Both the position numbers and the translations under genes were made by a program. The notes under the pieces were generated by a model that ran no database searches, was not told the DNA's origin, and saw only the letters and a program-made list of their open reading frames with translations. 64,000 nucleotides of DNA. It comes from SAR202 cluster bacterium. GTDB lineage: Bacteria > Chloroflexota > Dehalococcoidia > Lucifugimonadales > Lucifugimonadaceae. Below are positions 19,755-29,360 of the stretch, piece after piece; position 1 is the first letter of the stretch, and the number at the start of each line of letters is the position of its first letter. The stretch is taken from positions 9,633 through 73,632 of the forward strand of contig VFGZ01000039.1 in the NCBI GenBank assembly GCA_009392215.1, written 5' to 3'.

Positions 19755-21062
19755 TTGAAGATCAGTAATATCGAAACTGTACGGGTCAGTGATCCTGCAG
19801 ATGCAATATGGGTGAGGGTTCATACTGATACCGGGCTCATTGGATTAGGTGAAACCTGGTACGCGTCGAGAACTGTAGAGTCTGCTGTGCATGATCATTT
19901 TGCACCTTTGATAGTCGGACGTGATCCATTCGCTATTGAGAGACATTGGCTGAATATGTTCCGACTTTCGGATCATGCCGGTTACGGTGGCGCCGAACTA
20001 AGGGCGATATCTGCTATAGATATGGCGTTATGGGACATAAAAGGTCAAGCAGCAGGCGTTCCGGTTTATGAATTACTGGGAGGTGCTGTTAGGAAAAAGA
20101 TTCGTGTTTACGCCACTGGAGGCCCGTTTGAAGGATGTGGGGAACTGGCAAAAGAATTGATTGAGGACGGAATCGTCGCGATGAAAATTGGACCGACAAT
20201 TCCAGTGGCAACCCCCTCTGAGGGACAGTACCTGGCGCCGAAGGAACTTGATCACGTTCTTAAACCGTTTCGTGATATTCGAGATACTGTCGGTGGCGAT
20301 ATTAAAATTGCTAACGACGGGCACGGAAAGTGGTCTTTACCAGTTGCCGTCCAGATCGCAAAAGAGATGGAAAAGCTCGACATAATGTGGCAAGAAGACC
20401 TTATGCCACTCCTGAATTCTCATTCCCTAAGACAACTTCAAGAAGCCACAATTACCCCTGTGTGTATATCGGAAAGATTACTTACTAGGTGGCAACTTCG
20501 TGAATTTATCGAGAATGGCGCTGCGCAGATCGTCATGCCTGATTTAATCTGGACGGGAGGTATCACCGAGACGCACCGTATTGCAATAATGGCTTCGGCA
20601 CATCAGGTTCCAGTCGCTCCTCATGATGCTACCGGGCCGGTCAATATATTTGCGTGTGCACAAATATGTATGAATTCGCCCAACGCGATGATTATGGAAC
20701 ATGTGAGACCGTATTTATATGGCTGGTACGGTGAGATGGTAGATCCGCTTCCACCGATAGAAAATGGTTGGTTGCATGCTCCGGAGAATCCGGGTATTGG
20801 CACACGTTTACGTCCTGAAGTGTTTGATCGGCCTGATGTTGAGACTAGGGTCACTGGTGTTGATGCAATGATTCCTGGAATGTCTGACGAAGGATGGGTT
20901 GGCGTAGGTCTGTACGATCCAAACAAATCAACAGACAATTTCTCTGCTGCCATGTGGTCGGACATGGAGAATATATTTGAATTCCGAGCTCAAGGATCAA
21001 GGTTTGATGAACAAGTCGATACTGAAACTGATGAAGCTCAGAATACTGGTGATGCGAAATGA
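19755..21062 (+). CDS. Mandelate racemase/muconate lactonizing enzyme family protein
   Basis: GLGETW, SAIDMALWDIKG, NDGHG, WQED, ISER, PD...GGI, APHD, PGIG. Confidence 0.92.
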   Translation: MKISNIETVRVSDPADAIWVRVHTDTGLIGLGETWYASRTVESAVHDHFAPLIVGRDPFAIERHWLNMFRLSDHAGYGGAELRAISAIDMALWDIKGQAAGVPVYELLGGAVRKKIRVYATGGPFEGCGELAKELIEDGIVAMKIGPTIPVATPSEGQYLAPKELDHVLKPFRDIRDTVGGDIKIANDGHGKWSLPVAVQIAKEMEKLDIMWQEDLMPLLNSHSLRQLQEATITPVCISERLLTRWQLREFIENGAAQIVMPDLIWTGGITETHRIAIMASAHQVPVAPHDATGPVNIFACAQICMNSPNAMIMEHVRPYLYGWYGEMVDPLPPIENGWLHAPENPGIGTRLRPEVFDRPDVETRVTGVDAMIPGMSDEGWVGVGLYDPNKSTDNFSAAMWSDMENIFEFRAQGSRFDEQVDTETDEAQNTGDAK

Positions 21063-22318
21063 TAATTTCCCGAATTGAGACAATCCGTGTAGCGCAGTTT
21101 CCGGATCTTATCTTTGTTCAAGTTCATACCGATACCGGACTCACTGGTCTCGGTGAGACGTGGTATGCGGCCGCAACAGTCGAGTCAGCCATACACGATC
21201 ATTTTGGACCACTTCTGGTTGGTCGAGATCCATTCGAGATCGAAAGACACTGGCAGACCATGTTTCGACTATCCGATCATGCGGGTTATGGCGGAGCGGA
21301 GTTACGTGCCATTTCCGCAATCGATGTTGCCCTGTGGGACATAAAAGGCCAGTCTCTGAACATGCCGATATTCGAGATCATAGGTGGCGGGACAAGAAAC
21401 CGGATTAAGGTTTACAACACTCTGGGAGTTTACGGTGAGATTGATGAGGCGCATAAAGTCTGGTCAGACCCCGTTGAAGTTGCCAAAAGTCTTTTGGATC
21501 AGGGCATCACAGGGATGAAAATGTCCCCAACCGACTTCATTGCAAGAGAATCCGACGGTCAATTACTGTTTCAGGATGATCTTGATTGGGCATTGCGACC
21601 TATTCGTGAAATTCGTGAAAAACTTGGCATGGAGATCGATATAGCCAACGATGCACACGGAAAGTGGAATCTGCCAAACGCTATGCGCATTGTTAGGGAA
21701 CTGGAATCGATGCGACTGATGTGGCACGAGGAACTGATTTCCCCTCTGAACGAAGAAGCACACCAGAGACTGCAGGCAGTGACCTCAACGCCTATCGCTG
21801 CGGCGGAACGTTTGATGACGAGGTATCAACATCGTCGATTTATCGAATCTTCAGCTGCTCGAATTTCGATGCCGGATCTCACATGGACTGGGGGTATATC
21901 GGAGGTAAAAAAGATAGCTGTCATAGCATCAGCTCATCAGAAGCCGATTGCGCCTCATGATTGTGTTGGTCCAGTCAACATGATGGCTTGTGCCCATATC
22001 GCTATGGCCACACCAAATGTCATGATTATGGAATATAACCGAGCAATGCATCTTGGTTGGTACCGCGATTTTATCGAACCGGATTTCGTGATTGACGGGG
22101 GTTTTCTGATGGCACCCACTGAGCCTGGATTGGGTACTCGACTTAAGCCATCTGTCAAAGCTCGTCCAGATGCTATTGTGCGCGTAAGTGGTGGGAAATC
22201 TGAATCATGGCTTACATCACTTAATCGATATACCTATCCACCTAAAGAACTTCAAAGTGAGTTTGTACACAGTACGAAACGCAGGCGAACAGGCTTTGAT
22301 GCCAGTTACTACAATTAG
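21059..22318 (+). CDS. Mandelate racemase/muconate lactonizing enzyme family protein
   Basis: Same motifs (SAIDVALWDIKG, NDAHG, WHEE, AAER, APHD, PGLG); ATGA overlap with the upstream paralog. Confidence 0.92.
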   Translation: MIISRIETIRVAQFPDLIFVQVHTDTGLTGLGETWYAAATVESAIHDHFGPLLVGRDPFEIERHWQTMFRLSDHAGYGGAELRAISAIDVALWDIKGQSLNMPIFEIIGGGTRNRIKVYNTLGVYGEIDEAHKVWSDPVEVAKSLLDQGITGMKMSPTDFIARESDGQLLFQDDLDWALRPIREIREKLGMEIDIANDAHGKWNLPNAMRIVRELESMRLMWHEELISPLNEEAHQRLQAVTSTPIAAAERLMTRYQHRRFIESSAARISMPDLTWTGGISEVKKIAVIASAHQKPIAPHDCVGPVNMMACAHIAMATPNVMIMEYNRAMHLGWYRDFIEPDFVIDGGFLMAPTEPGLGTRLKPSVKARPDAIVRVSGGKSESWLTSLNRYTYPPKELQSEFVHSTKRRRTGFDASYYN

Positions 22319-22355
22319 TCATATTCCCAAACCAAAACAGCGCGAGTAATCAGTT

Positions 22356-23429
22356 ATGTCAGATCAAATTAAAACCAAACGTATTATTTTTATTGGCGCA
22401 GGGGCTGTCGGCTCATATCTAGGCGGTTGGCTTTCCCATACCGGGCATGATGTCACCTTGGTAGATATCTGGGACGAACATGTTGCAGCAATTCGTGAAA
22501 ATGGGCTAATTGTCAATGGGCCACATGAACCATTTGTAGCACGTCCCGAGATTTATCACCTTCACGAAAACGAACATATCGCGAGGCAACCCTTTTTTGA
22601 CATAGGATTCGTGGCGGTTAAGGCATATGATACTTCATGGGCTGCAACGTTTGTTGACAAGTTCGTTGATCCTGATGGCTATATAGTTTCTTCGCAAAAT
22701 ACATGGACTGATCCTGAATTGGCTGCTGCAGTAGGAGCCGACCGCGCGGTGGGATTGGTTATGTCTAGTATTTCTGTTGCAATGTGGGAGGCAGGAAAAG
22801 TTGAAAGACCGGGAGATACACGGAGACGCGATCACGGGCATATCGTATTCAGGGCTGGCAATCACGACGGTACTGACACCCCTCGACTTCACGAGTTGAT
22901 TGAAATACTTGATCCAATTGATGGCGGCAAAATTACAACCAACTTGTGGGGAGAACGTTGGGCAAAACTCGGCCAGAATTCGATGGGTAATCCGGTCGCT
23001 GCATCAACCGGAATGGGAATGTCGGATCTAAATAAACATCCCAGAGGACGAGAATTGCAAATTCGGTTGGCCCAGGAGTGTGCTTCGGTTGGTCTGGCAC
23101 ATGGATATGAAGTTGAAAATTTCGGAGGACGCACAGCACTGGAATGGGCCAGTGCCTCGCGAGGAGAAGTCTACGAACTCCTGGACGCAGCCCTTGCTGA
23201 GCGATCTACAGGGGCAAACTGGCGGCCATCCATGGCTCAAGATGTTGTCAAAGGTCGACCCACCGAGATCCTACAGATGAACGCATTTGTTTGCGATCAA
23301 GGGGGACTAGTTAATGTAGACACTCCGGTCAATGAAGCTATGGTAAATGTGGTTAAGGCCATTGATGCTGGAGAACTGGAATCTGGATTCGAAAATGTAG
23401 AGCTCGTACTAAGTTCAGCCGGTCATTAA
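22356..23429 (+). CDS. 2-dehydropantoate 2-reductase (PanE/ApbA) family protein
   Basis: GAGAVG, AVKAYDT, SQN, RWAKL..N...N, PSMAQDV.KGRPTEI..MN. Confidence 0.85.
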   Translation: MSDQIKTKRIIFIGAGAVGSYLGGWLSHTGHDVTLVDIWDEHVAAIRENGLIVNGPHEPFVARPEIYHLHENEHIARQPFFDIGFVAVKAYDTSWAATFVDKFVDPDGYIVSSQNTWTDPELAAAVGADRAVGLVMSSISVAMWEAGKVERPGDTRRRDHGHIVFRAGNHDGTDTPRLHELIEILDPIDGGKITTNLWGERWAKLGQNSMGNPVAASTGMGMSDLNKHPRGRELQIRLAQECASVGLAHGYEVENFGGRTALEWASASRGEVYELLDAALAERSTGANWRPSMAQDVVKGRPTEILQMNAFVCDQGGLVNVDTPVNEAMVNVVKAIDAGELESGFENVELVLSSAGH

Positions 23430-23561
23430 ACTGGTGTAATCTACATAGATCTGATTACTCGTTAAAAGAATCATCAAATTTAACAGGTATACGACACAGT
23501 TTCTTGCACACGTATCCTGTGACACCCGTTGAATAATCGCGCCCGGTGGAAGCGCTGGAAA

Positions 23562-26363
23562 TTGCCCCCAATCAAACAAGATGTCCTCGTCTCTCTGGAC
23601 TTAGAAACTACAGGTCTCAACCCTAACTCCGAACGGATTATCGAAGTCGGTGCAGTTAAGTTCAGGGGTGAAACTGAGATCGACACGTTCAGTGCGTTGG
23701 TTAATCCAAACCGAAAACTTTCTAAGCTTATTCTTCAGATGACTGGCATCACTCAACGGGAAGTAGATGATGCACCTGATTGGGATGAGATTAAGCCGAG
23801 CGTCATGGAATTCGTGTCCGGAGTTCCCATCATCGGACACAATGTTGGGTTTGATGCATCATTCCTACGTAGTCACGGAGTGAAAACCAATCGGTTGTAC
23901 GACACTATGTCCATGGCTGAAATAGCTCTGCCCGGAGGTCCTGAGTACAGTCTGGTGCGGTTGTCTGAAAGGTTCGGTTTTCAACATGACAATCCCCACC
24001 GTGCATTATCTGACGCGCTCGCGACACGTGATCTTTTTTTGCATTTGGCAGAGATTATCGGGGGATATGATCGTGGAGTATTGGAGCAGATTCAACGCCT
24101 AGGCTCATATTCCGGGACACCGTTATCTGGTTTAGCCAAGAGAATGTTAGATACGGTTGGGGCAACCTCTATCGGTACAGCTCATACACTCAGTGGTATT
24201 GATCCCAAGGAAATTTCGTCACGGATACGTTCTGCTACAAGAACGCCCAAAATAAAGCCCCATGAGTATAAAACTGACGAAAACACTCCGTCAGACCATG
24301 TAAAGAACATCTTTGGTGAATCTGGAGAACTCGAACGGTCACTTCCAGATTTTGAACATCGCCCTGAACAAATAGAGATGGCGGAAGCGGTCTCAGCGGC
24401 AATAAATTCCGAGCGTAATCTAGTAGTCGAAGCGGGGACTGGTGTCGGGAAGTCCCTGGCCTATCTGATTCCATCTGCGCTGCACGTTCTTCATACCGGG
24501 GCAAGGGTCGTTATTTCTACCAACACCATTAATTTGCAAGAACAGTTGATCAGGAAGGACATAGAAATAACCAGATCAACTTTGAGTAATTATGGCGTTG
24601 CAGCAGAAAATATTTTCGCGTCACAACTTAAAGGCAGAAGTAATTATCTGTGTGTCAAGCGATGGCAGAATTCTATGTTGGACACGGAACCTAACGATAT
24701 TGAATCAAAATTGCTATCTAAATTACTGGTCTGGTTGAACGATACAGAGACGGGCGATAAAAATGAGTTGGCTCTAGGGCGGATGTCACCATTATTTAAT
24801 AGATTTTCAGCTCAAGGTGCCTTGAACTGCCCGACAAATGATGGCCCTTGTTTTTTACGTAAAGCTCGCAACGATGCTAGCCATTCAAACATCGTAATTA
24901 TTAATCATGCTTTGCTAATGTCCGACATTGCTATGGGAGGCGGATTACTTCCTGAACACGACGTTTTGATAGTGGACGAGGCACATCATCTCGAGTCGGC
25001 TGCTACCAAACATTTGGGATTTTCAGTTAATCAGTTTCAGTTAGAGAGTGAACTGCGACGTTTGATTGGACCAACAGGTCTCGCGCACAGGTTAACTCGA
25101 GTTATATCGAAATTGGATACTAACTTACTGGATTTTTCAGAGAACACTGCTCTCGCCTTTAACGATGCGGTGGAAATAGCGATTAAAACGTCTTCGGAAA
25201 TGTTCAATTTTGCTGCACAGATTGGTGCTGACGCACAGAGTTATTCCCAGCAACAATCTGAACTAAGATTGACCGATGCAGTTCGAGCGCAGCCGATTTG
25301 GAGTGACTTTGAAATCACATGGGAAAACATGAACACTCGCCTGTTAGAAGTTTCACTTCAACTGGTGGATTTATGCGATCAGGCATCTCGTTCGAAAGAA
25401 AAGTCTGATGAGGGACTCGTTTTGGATGCTCATTCGATAGTAGAGTCAATTCAGCTAGCGGCTTCAAATCTTCGTGAGGCAATACCTGAACCGAAAGCGG
25501 ATGGTGTGTATTGGCTTCGAACTCGACCTGGTCGGCGTGGTACTAGCATCAATGGAGCGCCACTTGATGTTTCGGATGTGCTTAGAAATGCATTGTTTGA
25601 GTCAGACCGTTCCGTCGTACTCACGGGAGCGACGGTCGCTTACCAGAATTCATTTGAACGTTATCGTGCATCTATCGGGATGGAAGGCGGTGAAGACCTT
25701 GTTCTTGGATCGCCATATGATTATGAGAAAAATACTTTGATAGTCGTACCTGAGGATTTGCCCGCACCAGGAGAGCCAGGGTTCGCTAAGGCCTCAGCTG
25801 AAGCTTTAATCGATATAGCAAAAGCGAGTGCCGGACGTGTCTTAGTACTTTTCACATCTATTTCTGCGTTAGATAACGCTCGTAAGGCCATTTCACCGGT
25901 GTTAAATCCATCTGGGATTCGTGTTATTGCACAAGGTACCGATGGTTCACCGGCCCGTATTATGCGAATGCTCGCGGAAACCACTCCGACGATAGCTTTG
26001 GGTACAAACAGCTTATGGGAAGGCGTGGATTTGGAAGGTGAATCAATTGATGTACTTGTGATGGCGAGATTACCGTTTCCTGTCCCGTCTGATCCGATTG
26101 TTGCTGCCCGTAGCGAATTACTAGAAGATGGTTTCAATGATTATAGTATTCCAGAAGCCGTACAACGATTCAGGCAGGGATTCGGTCGATTAATAAGGTC
26201 GCAAAATGACCGTGGAGTTTTTGTCGTTCTGGACAACAGGATTGTTCGAAAGCAATATGGTGTTAAGTTCCAGAAATCACTGCCGAAATGCAATGTTCGG
26301 AGATTGAGTGTTGAGCGCTTGTCAGAAACTTTGGGAAACTGGCGTAATAACACGTTAACATGA
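23562..26363 (+). CDS. dinG: DEDDh 3'-5' exonuclease-DinG family helicase fusion
   Basis: DLETTG...GHNV.FD...HRALSDA exonuclease domain; EAGTGVGKS, DEAH, LWEGVD, RLPFPVP, QGFGRLIR; start 23562 (TTG) or 23529. Confidence 0.9.
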   Translation: MPPIKQDVLVSLDLETTGLNPNSERIIEVGAVKFRGETEIDTFSALVNPNRKLSKLILQMTGITQREVDDAPDWDEIKPSVMEFVSGVPIIGHNVGFDASFLRSHGVKTNRLYDTMSMAEIALPGGPEYSLVRLSERFGFQHDNPHRALSDALATRDLFLHLAEIIGGYDRGVLEQIQRLGSYSGTPLSGLAKRMLDTVGATSIGTAHTLSGIDPKEISSRIRSATRTPKIKPHEYKTDENTPSDHVKNIFGESGELERSLPDFEHRPEQIEMAEAVSAAINSERNLVVEAGTGVGKSLAYLIPSALHVLHTGARVVISTNTINLQEQLIRKDIEITRSTLSNYGVAAENIFASQLKGRSNYLCVKRWQNSMLDTEPNDIESKLLSKLLVWLNDTETGDKNELALGRMSPLFNRFSAQGALNCPTNDGPCFLRKARNDASHSNIVIINHALLMSDIAMGGGLLPEHDVLIVDEAHHLESAATKHLGFSVNQFQLESELRRLIGPTGLAHRLTRVISKLDTNLLDFSENTALAFNDAVEIAIKTSSEMFNFAAQIGADAQSYSQQQSELRLTDAVRAQPIWSDFEITWENMNTRLLEVSLQLVDLCDQASRSKEKSDEGLVLDAHSIVESIQLAASNLREAIPEPKADGVYWLRTRPGRRGTSINGAPLDVSDVLRNALFESDRSVVLTGATVAYQNSFERYRASIGMEGGEDLVLGSPYDYEKNTLIVVPEDLPAPGEPGFAKASAEALIDIAKASAGRVLVLFTSISALDNARKAISPVLNPSGIRVIAQGTDGSPARIMRMLAETTPTIALGTNSLWEGVDLEGESIDVLVMARLPFPVPSDPIVAARSELLEDGFNDYSIPEAVQRFRQGFGRLIRSQNDRGVFVVLDNRIVRKQYGVKFQKSLPKCNVRRLSVERLSETLGNWRNNTLT

Positions 26364-27292
26364 CGACTTTCGAACACAACGCATTGACTGAACAGTCAGT
26401 TTTTATCCCGCTTGGTTTTGTAGATATTGGTGCGACCTTAGACGGTGGGCAGGCGTTTCGCTGGCATTCAGACAATTCAGGATATAGAGGCGTTATAGGT
26501 CGCAGGGTGGTGCATATCAGTGAGGGTAGTGGAGGAGTAGAAGTAACGGTTAAGGACGGTAAGGGCGTCTCGGGGATTTATCATTCTGCAAGCCAATACC
26601 TAGGCCTGGGACAAGACCTGGATGGGTTTGCACGGCGATTTGCCGATGACCCATGTCTTGGGCCCGCCTTGAATGGATTTCCTGGCATAAGGGTATTGCG
26701 ACAAGATCCTTGGGAATGCCTTTTCAGTTTTATTACTTCTAGCACTTCCAACATTGCACGCATTAAATTGAATGTTGGATCGGCTGCTGAGAAATTAGGT
26801 TTTTCTATAGGCCCGAATATCACCGATGTAATTTTTCCTGAACCGGAAGTTATAGTGGAGTCCGGTGAGCAATTTCTTCGTGACCTTGGGTTCGGATTTA
26901 GGGCTAAGTACCTTGTGCTGTGCGCCGAAGCAGTAGCGTCCGGTCAATTGAATCTTTTCGACTTGCGAGAATTTTCTTACACAGATGCCAGAAACACCCT
27001 TACTGAGTTGCATGGAGTGGGAGAAAAAATTGCAGATTGTGTCCTTGCATTTTCTTTGGACAAGCCTGAATCGTTCATAGTTGACCGTCATATCCTCCGA
27101 GCACTTCGCAAGTGGTATGGACTTTCTGAAAAGTGTAGCTTGAGTTACGCGTCAGAATGGGCACGTGATCATTTTGGCGAATATTCGGCTCTTGCAAATC
27201 AATATATGTTCCACCGCGAACGTCTTTTTAGGCGCGCTATCGCTTGGGGTGGGACCCATGTTGACCGAGCTTTGCCGGAAGATGGAATTTAG
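26360..27292 (+). CDS. 8-oxoguanine DNA glycosylase (Ogg1-like, HhH-GPD)
   Basis: TL.GGQAFRW, GIRVLRQDPWECLFSFI.S, G.GFRAKY, GVGEKIADCV...VDRH; ATGA overlap with dinG. Confidence 0.9.
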   Translation: MTTFEHNALTEQSVFIPLGFVDIGATLDGGQAFRWHSDNSGYRGVIGRRVVHISEGSGGVEVTVKDGKGVSGIYHSASQYLGLGQDLDGFARRFADDPCLGPALNGFPGIRVLRQDPWECLFSFITSSTSNIARIKLNVGSAAEKLGFSIGPNITDVIFPEPEVIVESGEQFLRDLGFGFRAKYLVLCAEAVASGQLNLFDLREFSYTDARNTLTELHGVGEKIADCVLAFSLDKPESFIVDRHILRALRKWYGLSEKCSLSYASEWARDHFGEYSALANQYMFHRERLFRRAIAWGGTHVDRALPEDGI

Positions 27293-27314
27293 CTGGCAGT
27301 ACTAGTAAAGCATC

Positions 27315-28592
27315 CTAATCATGAGTGAGAAATTCCGGAAGTTGGCTTCTAACCAGCTCGAGTTCGTCTTTTCTGGAACTAACTTTTCTATCTAAACGAG
27401 CTCGTTTCACCAGTTCCAAAAGTTGTCCTATGATAGGACCCTCAGGCACGCCTATAGCAATAAGGTCCTCACCTGTAATGTCAGGTTCCACGAATCGAAT
27501 TGTTTCCAAATAATCAATCAATCTTCCGCGTCGAGGTAGGGTCGAGCCCGTTGCAATGTATGCTCGTATGCATTGCAACGGGATTGTGTCTAAGACGTCT
27601 GCAATTTCACTTGGGGTTATCGATGGGTTATCTAGAACTTCCACTACGGAAGCTAACTTTGCATTCCCGGTAATCGATTCACTCCAACTTTTGGGTCCGT
27701 CAAACCTCTTTGATGTCAATCTTGCCTCGTGTTCATTGAGACTGAAAGTGACTCTGGCAAGTAAATCCTCAAGATGTGATTTCTCTGGACTTTCTTGTAA
27801 TAGCTTGCCTGTGATTTTCAAGGCCATTGGACCGACTCGTAACGCAGGAGTGATTGCAGCCAGTAAACCAAGTTCTTCTAAGTTCCGTAAGATTTCACAA
27901 ATTTTTGGTTCCTTAAGTATGTGATCGAATTCGTTTCTGACCCGCGTGCCGCTCAATAAGTCAACGTGCTCGCGGGCATTTGTAATTAGTTCAATGGTAT
28001 GAGGATCAATACCGAAACCGAGGCGTGTTGCGTAACGCACTGCACGGAACATCCTCGTCGGGTCATCTATGAAACTAGAATCATGCAATACCCTGATACG
28101 CTTGCGCATGATATCCCCGAAACCATTAGACGGATCTATCAATTCTCCCCAGCTTTGACTGGTGAGAGATATGGCCATTGCATTAACCGTGAAATCTCTA
28201 CGTGTTAAATCGTACTCGATCGATGATGGACTTACTTCTGGTAGTGACGCCGGTGCAGAATACGTCTCGTCGCGACACGTAACGATATCGATTGATTTGA
28301 CGTCGGCGTCCGCTTCCTTTGCGGCAAGCTTGAAAGTCATGAATTCTGATTCAAAGGATTTCTCTAAATCCAGTCTATTAGCGAGGGTTTCTGAAAAAGT
28401 TGTGGAGTCGCCTTCTACGCAAAGGTCGATATCTTGGGTCGGTTTGCCCAGTATGAGGTCACGAACATAACCACCACATACAAACACATTGGCCACATCA
28501 GCATGTTGCAAATGGAGATCCTTGCATTCATTAAATAACCGTAGATGTTCAGGTTTTGCTTTTGTTTGAAGTAGTTGGGAGATATTTGGCAT
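27315..28592 (-). CDS. Class II tRNA nucleotidyltransferase (CCA/A-adding)/poly(A) polymerase family
   Basis: GGYVRD...DIDL, RRDFTVNAMA, SFIDDPTR.FRAVRY; ATG at 28592. Confidence 0.88.
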   Translation of the reverse strand: MPNISQLLQTKAKPEHLRLFNECKDLHLQHADVANVFVCGGYVRDLILGKPTQDIDLCVEGDSTTFSETLANRLDLEKSFESEFMTFKLAAKEADADVKSIDIVTCRDETYSAPASLPEVSPSSIEYDLTRRDFTVNAMAISLTSQSWGELIDPSNGFGDIMRKRIRVLHDSSFIDDPTRMFRAVRYATRLGFGIDPHTIELITNAREHVDLLSGTRVRNEFDHILKEPKICEILRNLEELGLLAAITPALRVGPMALKITGKLLQESPEKSHLEDLLARVTFSLNEHEARLTSKRFDGPKSWSESITGNAKLASVVEVLDNPSITPSEIADVLDTIPLQCIRAYIATGSTLPRRGRLIDYLETIRFVEPDITGEDLIAIGVPEGPIIGQLLELVKRARLDRKVSSRKDELELVRSQLPEFLTHD

Positions 28593-28720
28593 TTGGATCA
28601 AATTTGTTCGATAGATCAATACTAAGCTTTAAACATGAGCGTTTCTTGAAATGTTTATACATAGCGTTGTTAGAATTTGTATAAGTGGTTTCAAGCACCT
28701 ATGAAAGCATTTGGCAATTC

Positions 28721-29356
28721 ATGTCGATTAATAAACTAATTACATTCGATGTATTCATTGATTACACCTGACCTTGGGTTCGACAGGCTGGCATGTGGCT
28801 GGCCATGGTGAAAGAGGAATTAGGCGAGACCCTCCAAATTAATTGGCGTAGTTTCGCTCTTGAGCAGGTTAACTCCAAGCAGGAGGGTAACTGGAAGGCC
28901 TGGGAGCAGGGTCCCGATTATCTTAGCAGGGGTCTGTGGGCACTGCGGGGTGGTATCGCAGCTCGACAACAAGGATCGATGATCCATAACGAATATATGG
29001 CAGAAATATTGCATGCAAAACACGTTGAAAGAACGGACATACGCACTCGCGAGGCGATAATTGAAATTGCATCGACTGTCACATTGGATATTGATAAATT
29101 CGTCGATGTTTTAGACGATAGTAAATCTCTGAAAACTATAGGATCCGATCATGAATATGCCAAAGCGATGGGAATTTTTGGGACTCCGACATTTGTTTTT
29201 GAAAACGGATTTTCCGCGTTCTTAAAAATGTTCACCCCGCCAAGAGAAGAAGCCATGAGTGCATTCGAACATTTCATGGGCATTGCCAGAGAACGTAAGT
29301 ATTTTGGTGAAATTAAGCGACCGCAACCGCCTTGGCCTCGCGGGGCAGGGGATTAA
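28721..29356 (+). CDS. DsbA-like (Rv2466c-type) thioredoxin-fold oxidoreductase, selenoprotein (Sec17 from TGA at 28769-28771)
   Basis: ATG 28721 is in frame with the 28793 ORF and gives MSINKLITFDVFIDYT-U-PWVRQAGMWL. The TGA sits at the family's D-x-x-C-P-W catalytic Cys. GTPT cis-Pro loop, EIKRP C-terminus, downstream hairpin, and tRNA-Sec in the same window. Confidence 0.85.
28786..28804 (+). promoter_or_regulatory. Candidate bacterial SECIS element
   Basis: GGCTGGC-ATGTG-GCTGGCC 7-bp stem; G-containing loop begins after a 21-nt spacer from the in-frame TGA. Confidence 0.6.
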
Positions 29357-29360
29357 ATAT

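Noticed and set aside
28769-28771. TGA as a nonsense mutation (pseudogene)
   Set aside because: Falls precisely on the catalytic Cys position, the rest of the frame is intact, a hairpin follows and tRNA-Sec is encoded; not fully excluded without homolog comparison
29259-29360. ORF-track N-terminal extensions of rnc (also ispE 13030-13158 and the oxidoreductase 36830-36949)
   Set aside because: They overlap upstream genes extensively; downstream starts match the family N-termini
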